Counted from the stretch's first letter, positions 8,950-22,799 are shown. The stretch: 48,008 nucleotides of DNA from an uncultured Acidiferrobacteraceae bacterium (GCA_913031305.1 CAJWEF010000001.1:1-48008), one strand, 5' to 3'. Translations and numbers: made by a program. Notes: a model not told the origin generated them from the sequence alone.

Positions 8950-9600
8950 GTGCAAAGCGTGCAGGCTATACAGGTGCCCGTGAACACCGACAGTGAGTCT
9001 GGGTCAAAGCCCTATGCACCTGCATGCGAGCGAAACCGAGATCCGATCCTTTCGGTTTTGCACCGGGTTCTGCCTGAGCAGGGGCAAGTGCTGGAGATCG
9101 GTAGCGGTACTGGACAGCATGCTGCATTTTTTTCCGCTGCGCTGCCTCATCTGCAGTGGTTACCCAGTGATTTGCCACCCCGATTGTCGGGGATAACTCA
9201 GTGGTGCGATCAATCGGGCAACGATAAGTGCCTGGCGCCGGTCGCGATTGATCTGCTGCGCGCATCATTGTCCTTGCCGCGCTCCGATGCGATCGTCTGT
9301 ATCAATATCGTCCATATTGTGGCTTGGGCGGGCGTCCAGAACCTCTTTAAGGCGGCGCGGGATTGTCTCTCACCGGGGCAGGTTCTGTACCTGTACGGCC
9401 CCTACCGTTACGCTGATCGGCCATTTGAGCCTAGTAACGAGGAGTTTGACCGCTGGCTCAAAGTCCGTGATCCGCTGAGCGGTGTGCGTGATTTCGATAC
9501 GGTACGAGATCTTGCCGCGTCCTGCGCATTTGATTTGTCGTTGGACTTGCCGATGCCATCGAACAATCGTTCACTGTGCTTTACCTGCAGCGAAGACTAA
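8950..9600 (+). CDS. DUF938 family SAM-dependent methyltransferase
   Basis: APACERNRDPI, LEIGSGTGQH, YGPY, SNEEFD, MPSNN motifs; start uncertain. Confidence 0.85.
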   Translation: MQSVQAIQVPVNTDSESGSKPYAPACERNRDPILSVLHRVLPEQGQVLEIGSGTGQHAAFFSAALPHLQWLPSDLPPRLSGITQWCDQSGNDKCLAPVAIDLLRASLSLPRSDAIVCINIVHIVAWAGVQNLFKAARDCLSPGQVLYLYGPYRYADRPFEPSNEEFDRWLKVRDPLSGVRDFDTVRDLAASCAFDLSLDLPMPSNNRSLCFTCSED

Positions 9601-9618
9601 AGCCAGCCTTGCTGATAT

Positions 9619-10658
9619 TTATTGCTCTAGGGTCTCAAGAATCTCCCGGATCAGCCTTGGACCCTGGTAGATCAGGCCGGTGTACACCTGGATGAGGGAT
9701 GCGCCTGCTAAGAGCATCGCCTGGGCTGAGGCCGCGTCAGTGATACCGCCAACACCAATGATCGGCAGGTCGTTACCGATATAACTCTTGAGTTTTGCAA
9801 TAACCTGCTGTGAAAGTACTGCCAAGGGTGCACCGCTCAGGCCACCGGCTTGGGATGATTCGGGGTAACGGATCGGGTCCAGTGGCCGGGTCGTGGTGGT
9901 GTTGGTGGCGACTACGCCATCAACACCATGTACGAGCAACGCGTCAGCGATCTGCGCGATGGCCTCCTCGTCAAGGTCTGGCGCAATCTTGATCGCAATC
10001 GGGGTGTAGCGGCCATGGCAGTCGGCAAGTTTTGCCTGTTCATCTTTAAGTGAAAAGAGCAGTTGATTCAGGGCCTGGCGCTCCTGCAAGTCACGCAAAC
10101 CCGGCGTGTTGGGCGAGGAAATATTGACTGTGACGTAGTCTGCCACTGTGTAAACGGCGCGCAGGCCAGTGATGTAGTCACGTTGAGCCTGAGCGTTCGG
10201 GGTGGTCGCGTTCTTGCCGATATTAATTCCGATCCTCACCTGCTGGCAGTGGCGGTCCAGATTAGCCAGGAATCGGTTCAGGCCGGCACTGTTAAAGCCC
10301 AAGCGGTTGATCAGTGCCTGCGCACCGGTTAGGCGGAACATCCGCGGTCGAGGGTTTCCATACTGAGGTAAAGGTGTCACGGTACCCAGTTCAAGAAAGC
10401 CAAATCCCAGGTTTGCCAGTCCATCGACGGCAGTAGCATCTTTGTCGAGGCCTGCGGCGAGACCGAGAGGGTTAGGGAAGTGCAAACCCATCGCTTCGAC
10501 CGGGTGTGCGGGCAGGGTGCCACGCCAGGCATCAGCCATATACTGGTTCAGTGGATGCAACCGTCCCAGCGTACCGATGGCAACGAGTGCAATCCGGTGA
10601 GCAGTTTCAGGATCAAGATTGAACAGTATCCGGCGCAGCGGTGAATACCAATCGGGCA

Positions 10659-10659
<1 letters not shown>
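9619..10659 (-). CDS. pyrD: Quinone-dependent dihydroorotate dehydrogenase
   Basis: GLAAGLDK, GTVTP, NISSPNTPGLR, KIAPDL, GGLSG motifs. Confidence 0.96.
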
Positions 10660-14194
<3,535 letters not shown>

Positions 14195-14274
14195 CTCAAC
14201 TCCCCTTGCCAGTGACGGTTTCCCGGCACAGGCAGCCTACCTTACCGTTATAAGGAAAGATGATTGGTCGCGGT

Positions 14275-15327
14275 TCAGGAGGTGCCCGAGGATTTGCCTG
14301 GCGCCTGGGCGCTCAATAGCACGCTGATCCAGCGGCTGCGCGGGTCGCTTTCCAAAGCAATCTTCACCAGCATGGTTAGCGGGGTCGACAGGAACATACC
14401 GACTGGCCCAAAGACCCAACCCCAGAACAGCAAGGAAACGAATACCACTAGAGTCGAAAGCCCGAGCCCCCGCCCCATGTAGCGCGGCTCGAGGAGGCTC
14501 CCGACGACGATGTTCGCCACGAGGAAGCCGGCCCCAACGGCTAATGCGATCGCAGGTCCAGCATCAATCAATGACAGGGTCACCGCCGGAACGGCAGCGA
14601 TAATCGAGCCAATATAGGGTACGAAATTCATGAAAAAGGCGATGGCGCCCCAAAGGACTGCGAAGTCCACGCCCAGTACCAGCAGGTAGACCGTGATCGC
14701 AAGCGCGGTGATAAAACTCATCAACGCCTTGATGACGAGGTAACTGTTAACCGACTCCATGAATGCAGACAGGTTGCCGATGGTTTTGTCTGGGTTCGCT
14801 GAAATTGCACGCAACTTGTCGGGAATCGTGGCTGATTCCACCATCAAAAACAGCACGGTGAAGATAATCAACATGCTGTGAGCCAGCAGACCACCGAAGC
14901 CGCTGACCAGACGCCCGAACAGCTGGGCCGCTGCCGCCGGATTGATCAACTCTTCAAGACCGCTCGGCGGCAGTGTGAGGCCAAGGCCGCTGGCCCATAG
15001 CGTTACGTTGTCGATCAGGGTGCGCAGTTGCGCCTCGTAACGCGGCAGGGTATTGCTTAATTGATCAATGGAAGCGCCAATCAGTGATCCGATACTGATG
15101 AGTGCGCTGCCCAGCAGTAACAGGATCAGGGTTAGAGCGGCCCAGGTGGGCAATCCACGCCGGCGCAACCACTGCAGGGGGGCTGAGGCAATAATGGCTA
15201 GAAAAATGGCCATCAATAGGGGGATGACGATGCTGCTGGCCGCTTTCAGGCCGGCGATCACGATCACCAGGCAGGCAAGCACCAGGAGTACCTGCGTTCC
15301 AGTACTGGAATTTTGAGTTGTGAGCAC
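14275..15327 (-). CDS. AI-2E family transporter
   Basis: NFVPYIGS, LEPRYMG..LGLS, WGWVFGPVGMFLSTPLT motifs. Confidence 0.9.
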   Translation of the reverse strand: MLTTQNSSTGTQVLLVLACLVIVIAGLKAASSIVIPLLMAIFLAIIASAPLQWLRRRGLPTWAALTLILLLLGSALISIGSLIGASIDQLSNTLPRYEAQLRTLIDNVTLWASGLGLTLPPSGLEELINPAAAAQLFGRLVSGFGGLLAHSMLIIFTVLFLMVESATIPDKLRAISANPDKTIGNLSAFMESVNSYLVIKALMSFITALAITVYLLVLGVDFAVLWGAIAFFMNFVPYIGSIIAAVPAVTLSLIDAGPAIALAVGAGFLVANIVVGSLLEPRYMGRGLGLSTLVVFVSLLFWGWVFGPVGMFLSTPLTMLVKIALESDPRSRWISVLLSAQAPGKSSGTS

Positions 15328-15378
15328 GTGCGGTTCGCTGCGCGACTAGGACGAAAGAGGATGATACCCTGGGAGAGC

Positions 15379-15795
15379 TCAGCTCAGGGTGGTCAGACGG
15401 TCCTGGCACTGAGCTTCTATGGTATCCAGCTCTTGCAGAGTTACGTCAATATCGTGGTGCTGCTGCTTTAGGGTCTCGCGGCGCTGGCGGATTTGCTCCA
15501 GGAAATAACGCAATTGGCCCGCCTCTCCGGGATTGGAGTCATACATATTGATAATCTCGCCCACCTCGTTTAGCGAGAAGCCCAGGCGTTTGCCACGTAG
15601 AATCAGTTTCAGTCGCACACGATCGCGGGTACGATAGACCCGCTGTCGCCCAGATCGCTCAGGCCGCAGCAGCCCTTCGTCTTCGTAAAACCGAATTGCC
15701 CGAGTGGTCACCCCGAATTCTCGGGCCAGATCCGAGATCGAGTAGGAAGTATTGTGGGTGTCACTGGAAGGGTTGGTTTGCATCATCATGGCCAT
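15379..15795 (-). CDS. liuR: MerR-family regulator, LiuR-like
   Basis: YSISDLAREFGVTTRAIRFYEDEGLL, RDRVRLKLILRGKRLGFSL; adjacent LiuR-type palindrome. Confidence 0.8.
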   Translation of the reverse strand: MAMMMQTNPSSDTHNTSYSISDLAREFGVTTRAIRFYEDEGLLRPERSGRQRVYRTRDRVRLKLILRGKRLGFSLNEVGEIINMYDSNPGEAGQLRYFLEQIRQRRETLKQQHHDIDVTLQELDTIEAQCQDRLTTLS

Positions 15796-15801
15796 AATGT
15801 C

Positions 15802-15843
15802 AGTATAACTTCAATTGACGTTTACGTAAACGGAAACTAAAAT
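15802..15843. promoter_or_regulatory. LiuR-type operator overlapping divergent sigma70 promoters
   Basis: Perfect palindrome CGTTTACGTAAACG 15819-15832; (+) TTGACG 15815-20, 17 bp, TAAAAT 15838-43; (-) TTTACG 15830-25, 17 bp, TATACT 15807-02. Confidence 0.8.
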
Positions 15844-15867
15844 GTTTGGTCCAATCTAACGACGAAA

Positions 15868-18800
15868 ATGGTAGCGATGAGCCAGAGTGCGCCCCCCCTG
15901 TCCAGCCCGGGAACCCGATCCGATCCGGGTCCGGAGTACAGGATCCGTTTTGTTACGGCGGCGAGCTTGTTCGACGGACATGATGCTTCCATCAACATCA
16001 TCCGCCGCTTGCTACAGGCCTCTGGAGCAGAGGTAATTCACCTTGGTCACAACCGCAGTGTCCAGGAAATTGTTGATGCGGCTATCGAGGAAGATGTGCA
16101 GGGCATTGCTGTCAGTTCCTACCAGGGCGGCCACAGTGAATTCTTCTCCTACATGGTCGATATGCTGCGCCAGCGCGACCGGGGAGATATACGCGTCTTC
16201 GGCGGCGGCGGCGGCGTGATCGTTCCCGAAGAGGTCCGCGCGCTGCACGATTACGGGGTCTGCCGTATCTACTCGCCAGAGGACGGCCAGCGTCTTGGCT
16301 TGCAGGGCATGATCGATGACATGATGGCGCAAGCCGATTTTTATCCTGGCAACCAGGGTAAAGAGAGCCTGGACGGACTGGACGGGCATGATGGCGGACA
16401 ACTGGCTCGCTTGATTACCGAGATCGAAAACGGGACTGTCAGTGAATTTGTTCTGCGCCAGGTCCGCGCGGGCGCAGCGCGTGAAGAGTGTCGGGTGCCG
16501 ATTTTGGGGATCACCGGCACTGGTGGCTCCGGCAAATCCTCATTGACCGATGAGCTGATTCTACGCTGGCGTATGGATTACGGCGATCGCCTGCGCCTGG
16601 CGGTGCTTGCAGTGGACCCAACCCGACGTAAGACCGGCGGCGCTTTGCTTGGGGATCGTATCCGCATGAATGCGATTAACGGGGACGCCGTATTTTTGCG
16701 TTCACTGGCGACCCGCGGTGCGAGCTCCGAGATACCGCCGCAGATCGGGGACATCCTCGCTGCCTGCCAGTGCGCCGGTTTTGATCTGATCATCATCGAG
16801 ACGCCTGGTATTGGTCAGGGTGACGCCGGCATCGTCTCTCAGGTGGATTGTGCGCTGTATGTCATGACACCGGAATTTGGTGCCCCGTCACAGCTTGAGA
16901 AGATCGAAATGCTGGATCATGCGGATTTTATCGCGATCAATAAGTGTGATCGCAAAGGTGCCGAGGACGCTTTGCGGGACGTACGTAAGCAGGTGCAGCG
17001 TAACCGTGGCGACTTCAGTATGGAGCCCACGGCTATGCCGGTATATACAACCATGGCATCGCATTTTAATGATCAAGGTGTGACCGCACTGTACCGGGCG
17101 CTTAATACCACCCTGGTGGAGTACGGACTAACCCCGAGCCTCGGGCTGTTGCCTGATCCACAGTTGAATTTGAAACCCGCTGATGTAGTGCCCGTCGGTC
17201 GCGAGCGTTATCTGTCTGAGATATCCGATGCTGTTCGTATCTACCACGAGGAGGCGAAGAGCCAGGCGGTTTTGGCGCGTCGATACCAGCACCTGCACAG
17301 TTGTATCGACCTGCTTGCGGCGGCAGAAGAGTCAACCGAGACACTTCAGACACTTGCTGAGGATGTGGCCGAGAAACTGGGCGAAGAAATGTTGGAACGG
17401 ATCAATGGATTCGATTCTTTGATAGAACGCTACCGCCAGGACAGCCTGAGTATTCGTGTACGGAGTAAAGCGCGGGAGCAGGCTCTCAGTTATACCTCTT
17501 TGTCTGGCACCCGGATTCCCCGTGTCAGCCTGCCTCGATATACCGACGCTGGGGATCGTTTGATCTGGCAGTTGTTGGAAAACGTGCCGGGAGAATTTCC
17601 ATTTACCGCAGGGGTATTCTCTTTCAAACGCGAGAACGAAGATCCGACCCGTATGTTTGCAGGGGAGGGTGACGCCTCGCGCACCAATCGCCGCTTTAAG
17701 CTTTTGTCTGCTAAATCCGAGGCCAAGCGCCTGTCTACGGCTTTTGATTCAGTGACCCTGTATGGATCCGACCCGGCACTACGCCCGGATATCTACGGCA
17801 AGGTCGGCACCTCTGGTGTTTCTATCGCGACCGTGGAGGACATGCGGACGCTCTATCAGGGTTTTGATCTTTGCAGCCCGGCCACATCCGTGTCTATGAC
17901 CATTAACGGTCCGGCACCGACTGTTCTGGCATTTTTTCTCAACACTGCCATTGATCAGCAGGTCGAGCGGTTTTGTGAGGAGCAAGGCCGCGATCCGGAT
18001 GCAAAGGAGTTATCCAAAATTCGGTCGTGGACGCTGGAAAATGTCCGCGGCACGGTACAGGCCGATATCCTCAAGGAAGACCAGGGGCAGAACACTTGTC
18101 TTTTTTCCACTGATTTCAGTTTGAGCATGATGGCTGATATTCAGCAGTACTTTATTGATAACCGGGTGCGCAAGTTCTACTCGGTCTCAATCTCCGGCTA
18201 TCACATTGCCGAGGCAGGTGCTAATCCGATTACCCAGCTCGCACTCACCCTGGCGAACGGTTTTACCTACGTGGAATCCTATCTGGCCCGCGGTATGGAG
18301 ATCGATGATTTTGCCCCGAACCTGTCTTTCTTTTTCTCCAATGGCATGGACCCCGAGTACACTGTGATGGGGCGCGTCGCGCGGCGGGTCTGGGCAGTTG
18401 CCATGCGGGAGCGTTATGGTGCGAATGCCCGCAGTCAGAGACTGAAATACCATATCCAGACTTCGGGCCGTTCTTTGCATGCACAAGAGATGGGGTTCAA
18501 TGATATTCGTACCACACTTCAGGCTTTGATCGCGGTTTACGACAACTGCAACAGCTTGCATACCAACGCCCATGATGAGGCAGTGACAACTCCTAGCGAA
18601 GATTCAGTGCGCAGGGCTATGGCTATACAGTTGATCATCAATCGTGAGTGGGGGCTGGCGCGCAACGAAAATCCCAATCAGGGCAGTTTCATCATCGAGG
18701 AGCTTACCGATCTGGTTGAGCAGGCGGTACTCGCAGAGTTTGATCGTCTGGCAGAGCGCGGTGGGGTCTTAGGAGCGATGGAAACCGGTTACCAGCGAGG

Positions 18801-19143
18801 CAAGATACAAGAAGAGTCTTTGTATTATGAAACCCGCAAACATGACGGCAGTTACCCGATCATCGGTGTTAACTCTTTTGTCAGGGATGCGCTTAGCACA
18901 TCAGCCGATGTTGAGTTGGCCCGAGGCACCGAAACGGAAAAACAGGGGCAGCTGGACCGACTTGCGGATTTTAAGCGCCGCCACGAAAACCAGACCGGTC
19001 CGGCACTTGCTGCCGTCAAGTATGCCGCTTTGCGTGGAGAGAATGTTTTTTACCCACTAATGGAAGCAGCTCGGTGCTGTTCACTGGGCCAACTTACCGA
19101 CACGTTTTTTCAAGTGGGTGGTAAATATCGCCGGGGTATGTGA
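15868..19143 (+). CDS. icmF: Fused isobutyryl-CoA mutase / MeaB-like GTPase IcmF (adenosylcobalamin-dependent)
   Basis: FDGHDAS B12-binding motif, GTGGSGKSS P-loop, ETPGIGQ, NKCD, TRMFAGEG mutase domain; 1091 aa. Confidence 0.95.
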   Translation: MVAMSQSAPPLSSPGTRSDPGPEYRIRFVTAASLFDGHDASINIIRRLLQASGAEVIHLGHNRSVQEIVDAAIEEDVQGIAVSSYQGGHSEFFSYMVDMLRQRDRGDIRVFGGGGGVIVPEEVRALHDYGVCRIYSPEDGQRLGLQGMIDDMMAQADFYPGNQGKESLDGLDGHDGGQLARLITEIENGTVSEFVLRQVRAGAAREECRVPILGITGTGGSGKSSLTDELILRWRMDYGDRLRLAVLAVDPTRRKTGGALLGDRIRMNAINGDAVFLRSLATRGASSEIPPQIGDILAACQCAGFDLIIIETPGIGQGDAGIVSQVDCALYVMTPEFGAPSQLEKIEMLDHADFIAINKCDRKGAEDALRDVRKQVQRNRGDFSMEPTAMPVYTTMASHFNDQGVTALYRALNTTLVEYGLTPSLGLLPDPQLNLKPADVVPVGRERYLSEISDAVRIYHEEAKSQAVLARRYQHLHSCIDLLAAAEESTETLQTLAEDVAEKLGEEMLERINGFDSLIERYRQDSLSIRVRSKAREQALSYTSLSGTRIPRVSLPRYTDAGDRLIWQLLENVPGEFPFTAGVFSFKRENEDPTRMFAGEGDASRTNRRFKLLSAKSEAKRLSTAFDSVTLYGSDPALRPDIYGKVGTSGVSIATVEDMRTLYQGFDLCSPATSVSMTINGPAPTVLAFFLNTAIDQQVERFCEEQGRDPDAKELSKIRSWTLENVRGTVQADILKEDQGQNTCLFSTDFSLSMMADIQQYFIDNRVRKFYSVSISGYHIAEAGANPITQLALTLANGFTYVESYLARGMEIDDFAPNLSFFFSNGMDPEYTVMGRVARRVWAVAMRERYGANARSQRLKYHIQTSGRSLHAQEMGFNDIRTTLQALIAVYDNCNSLHTNAHDEAVTTPSEDSVRRAMAIQLIINREWGLARNENPNQGSFIIEELTDLVEQAVLAEFDRLAERGGVLGAMETGYQRGKIQEESLYYETRKHDGSYPIIGVNSFVRDALSTSADVELARGTETEKQGQLDRLADFKRRHENQTGPALAAVKYAALRGENVFYPLMEAARCCSLGQLTDTFFQVGGKYRRGM

Positions 19144-19246
19144 GCCCCGATACATGCCGTATCCAAGGTCTTTGGATGTTCTGACGAGCCCGGGTGTGCC
19201 CGGATCACTAAGTTAAAGTGTTAAGGCGAGCGGACAAGATAGCACT

Positions 19247-20428
19247 ATGCCTTTTGTAGGGGCGCTACGGCGCAATGTACTGATTCTCGCTGCCTGCCAG
19301 GCACTGATGATGTCTGGCAGTGCCCTCATTATCGCGACTTCGGCTTTGGTTGGACTGGCGCTGTCGAAGGAGACGATCTTCGCGACGTTACCGGTGGCGT
19401 GCATGTTTGTCGGAACACTGATGGTGACTTTTCCCGCTTCAGTTTTGATGAAGCGGATAGGGCGGCGCGCCGGTTTTATTATCGGCCTTGCAGTAGGGTC
19501 CGCGGGCGCCATGATCGCCACGTGGGCTATTTTGGACCACAATTTTTTTGCCTTTGCAGTAGGGTCCTTTTTGATCGGTATCCTGAATGGCTTTGGCCAG
19601 TATTACCGTTTCGCAGCAGCGGATATCAGTGGTGAAGCGTATCGTGGCCGGGCGATTTCCTGGGTGCTGGCCGGTGGCATCCTTGCGGCGTTCATCGGGC
19701 CTAATCTTGCCAACTATTCCCAGGATATGTTGATGGGAGTTCCTTTTGCCGGAAGTTACGCAAGTCTGTTGATCCTGTATGGATTATCAATACTCTTGGT
19801 TTCACAGATTCAGATAGCCGTACCGGGAGAGCGCGAGCGTTCTGGCGAGCAACGGCCTTTGGCACAGATTGCCAGGCAACCAAAATACCTGGTAGCGGTG
19901 GTCGGCGCCATGATCGCGTACGGGGTAATGAATCTGGTGATGACGTCGACACCGCTGGCGATGGCCGTTCACAATCATGGGTTTGCTGATACGGCACTTG
20001 TCATCCAGTGGCATGTGCTCGCCATGTTTGCGCCATCGTTTTTTACTGGAAACCTGATCGCCCGTTTCGGTGTAACCCGTATCATGAGTGTCGGTGCCAT
20101 ATTGCTGCTTGCCAGTATTTTTATTGGCCTTAGCGGTATTAGTGTGTTGCATTTTCTGTTTGAACTGGTGTTATTGGGGTTGGGCTGGAACTTTCTCTTC
20201 ATAGGTGGCACCACTCTTCTCACCGAAACATATACCGCGCCGGAAAAGGCAAAGGCCCAGGGCCTTAACGACCTGCTGGTATTCGGCATGGTTGCACTGA
20301 CCGCGCTCAGTTCGGGCTTTCTACACGAGTGGCTGGGTTGGCGAGCGCTGAATTACTCGGTACTCCCTGCGCTGCTGTTGGCTCTGGGTATGGTTTTGTG
20401 GCTGGGCCGGCGCAGACAAACCGATTAA
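19247..20428 (+). CDS. MFS transporter
   Basis: About 12 TM, YYRFAAAD, IQWHVLAMFAPSFFTG, GLGWNF motifs. Confidence 0.88.
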   Translation: MPFVGALRRNVLILAACQALMMSGSALIIATSALVGLALSKETIFATLPVACMFVGTLMVTFPASVLMKRIGRRAGFIIGLAVGSAGAMIATWAILDHNFFAFAVGSFLIGILNGFGQYYRFAAADISGEAYRGRAISWVLAGGILAAFIGPNLANYSQDMLMGVPFAGSYASLLILYGLSILLVSQIQIAVPGERERSGEQRPLAQIARQPKYLVAVVGAMIAYGVMNLVMTSTPLAMAVHNHGFADTALVIQWHVLAMFAPSFFTGNLIARFGVTRIMSVGAILLLASIFIGLSGISVLHFLFELVLLGLGWNFLFIGGTTLLTETYTAPEKAKAQGLNDLLVFGMVALTALSSGFLHEWLGWRALNYSVLPALLLALGMVLWLGRRRQTD

Positions 20429-20447
20429 TTCTTCAAGTCCTTGAGCT

Positions 20448-21347
20448 TCACCGGCGCAGCAGCCTGATCAGGGCGGTGAAGTGTGTTTGTCCCAGGAGCA
20501 CGATGACGTTGCCGCCCAGGACCAGGATGACTCCCGCTATGGCACGACCTTGCCACTGAAAGTTTTCGACCCACGTGGAAAGCGAAAGTGCCACGATTGG
20601 GAATAACACTGTGGCATAAGCCGCTTTTTCTGGGCCGATCCGACCGACCAGGGTGAGGTAGCAGCCAAAGGCGATCGCCGAGGCAAAAAGCGCAAGAAAG
20701 GCGAGCGAGCCGATATAGGAGCCGGCTGTATCGAACGCAAAGGGAGCGCCCGACCACAAACTGTAGATCAGCAGAAAGCAGGTGCCGTAGGCCATACCGA
20801 TTGTATTCGCCGATACCACGGGCAAGCCATGCATCTGGTTGCGGGCCGATAGGATATTGCCGATTGATGCGAGGTAGGTGGCAATGACACTGATAACGAC
20901 CGCAGCAAATGTCGTCGTCCCGGTTTGCTGGATTTGTGGCCAAAAGACTAACGCCATTCCGGTAAGACCAAGGCATGCGCCCAGAATAGTCTGTTTCTCA
21001 GTTTTTCGCCCGAGTAATACTGTACTGTTAACAATATTCATTACCGTCATGGTTGAGAAGATCACGGCCAGCAGTCCTGTTGCGAGATTGAAAGCGGCCT
21101 GGTAGAACAACAGGTAGTTCATCGAAAATAGGCAAAGCCCAAGTAAGGCCAGGTATGGATGATCTCGCAACCGAAAACGCAGCGAAATACCGCGCACCAC
21201 GCACCACAGCACCAGCAACACGGTGGCCAGTGCAAATCGGTATATCAGAGAAATCTCTGGAGCCACGATTCCAATCTGGTACCGGATAGCGAGCCAACTT
21301 GAGCCCCAGATCAGTACGGTCACAAGGTACAGTACAGTTGTGTTCAA
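20448..21347 (-). CDS. DMT/EamA family transporter
   Basis: LIWGSSWLAI start, 10 hydrophobic segments, two EamA repeats. Confidence 0.9.
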   Translation of the reverse strand: MNTTVLYLVTVLIWGSSWLAIRYQIGIVAPEISLIYRFALATVLLVLWCVVRGISLRFRLRDHPYLALLGLCLFSMNYLLFYQAAFNLATGLLAVIFSTMTVMNIVNSTVLLGRKTEKQTILGACLGLTGMALVFWPQIQQTGTTTFAAVVISVIATYLASIGNILSARNQMHGLPVVSANTIGMAYGTCFLLIYSLWSGAPFAFDTAGSYIGSLAFLALFASAIAFGCYLTLVGRIGPEKAAYATVLFPIVALSLSTWVENFQWQGRAIAGVILVLGGNVIVLLGQTHFTALIRLLRR

Positions 21348-21417
21348 CTGTCTTTCCCCTTGCGATCGCTCACGTTGAAACGCGTAGGGTGCACTACCGT
21401 AACCTGGTCGGCAGCGT

Positions 21418-22395
21418 CTACAGCCGAAAAACTGATGCAGCTTCTGACAGAGTTTCCTGGTTGATCACACTTAGGTAGCGCGGTGGGTTTGGCTGGCGGC
21501 GAAACGACTTCTTGATGATGCTGGCGAGGTTGGGTTTTTTCTCGGCGGCTGTTTCGCCTTTGCCGATGCCGCCACCGAACTCAATGATTGTGTCGCAACC
21601 TTGGGTCGCGGCGTGCATGAGATTGGCATGCCACTGCACCGGGTTAAAGAGCTGCGAAAAAAGCCCTGCCCGGATACTGTTTGAGTCTTTGCGGTGAAAG
21701 ATGCCGGAACTGTTGGAGAGCACTTCGATGGCCGGTGAGGAAAAAGGTGCGCCACTAAGTGCTTTGCGGAATCGCAGTGCGGCCTCGATCATGTAGAAAG
21801 TGTGAAACGCACCTTCGGTTTTGAGTCGCGCGCTGCGTTTTCCGGGGTAGCGCTCCTGGAAGTCAGTGACCAGAGCATCCAAATCCTCAACGCGCCCTCC
21901 GACAACGGTTTGCTCGGGCAGGTTGCATGCCGCTACGGCACAGTAATGCTGCTCAGCCAACTCCTGAGCGCTTTCGATTGGCAATGGCAAGGCCTCCATT
22001 TCACCGTCCCCCAGATCTCCCATGAGTTGACCCCTGGTCTTTACTAGTTGAAGGGCACAAGGAAAATCCAAAGCGCCAGCTGCAACCAGTGCGGAATACT
22101 CTCCCAGACTGTGGCCGGCTGTGACACCCGGGCGAACTTTGCCGTTGGTTATTTCCTGGAATGCCTGAAGACAGGAAATGGAATGTGTCAGCAAGACCGG
22201 CTGGGTATAGCGGGTCAGGTTGATTTTTCCTTCAGGGTCTTCGAAGGATAGCGCCGCGAGATCGTAACCCAGGACTTCGCTGGCCTGACCATAGAGTTGG
22301 CGTACCGACTCGAACGCGTCAAATAGATCTCTACCGATGCCTGGATATTGTGATCCTTGACCTGGAAAAACAAAAAGGATTGGGGAAGTTGCCAT
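21418..22395 (-). CDS. fabD: FabD-like malonyl-CoA:ACP transacylase / acyltransferase
   Basis: FPGQGSQ, TQP, AGHSLGEYSAL, RGQLM, GAFH motifs; not within a fab cluster. Confidence 0.75.
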   Translation of the reverse strand: MATSPILFVFPGQGSQYPGIGRDLFDAFESVRQLYGQASEVLGYDLAALSFEDPEGKINLTRYTQPVLLTHSISCLQAFQEITNGKVRPGVTAGHSLGEYSALVAAGALDFPCALQLVKTRGQLMGDLGDGEMEALPLPIESAQELAEQHYCAVAACNLPEQTVVGGRVEDLDALVTDFQERYPGKRSARLKTEGAFHTFYMIEAALRFRKALSGAPFSSPAIEVLSNSSGIFHRKDSNSIRAGLFSQLFNPVQWHANLMHAATQGCDTIIEFGGGIGKGETAAEKKPNLASIIKKSFRRQPNPPRYLSVINQETLSEAASVFRL

Positions 22396-22764
22396 GAAAA
22401 CTCACTTTTTTGGATAGGTGCTATGCGCGGTGCGGTCCGGGGCGAGTCAATTGTATCGCCTGCCTCAACGGCTCGTACTGGTGTGCGAGCGGGGAACGGG
22501 TGCTGGCGATCCACGCCTAAGTCGGATAGGAGAGTCTCTAAATAGCAGGGCTGGCCTGACAAAATACCATGTCGCTGACTTGGGTTGATGATCTGTTGTA
22601 ACTGCAGCTTCGATCAATAATATTGCGGCGCACCATAAAAAAATTATTTTATTTATGATAGATATTACCTATCAAATCCTTAGAAAATATAAAATCTGGA
22701 TTAATATCGAAGTTTCGAATAGCCGTTATTAACCTGTATATAAAGAATGAACCGAGATATTACG

Positions 22765-22799
22765 AAAAAAAAATCCCGTCACAAGAATGTGACGGGATT
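22765..22799 (-). terminator. Rho-independent terminator of candidate sRNA
   Basis: Perfect 12-bp stem aatcccgtcaca-agaa-tgtgacgggatt (22772-22799) with A-run 22765-22773, which is the U-tail on the minus strand. Confidence 0.9.

Noticed and set aside
15868-19143. Mutase-GTPase fusion as a novel fusion protein
   Set aside because: This is the characterised IcmF architecture
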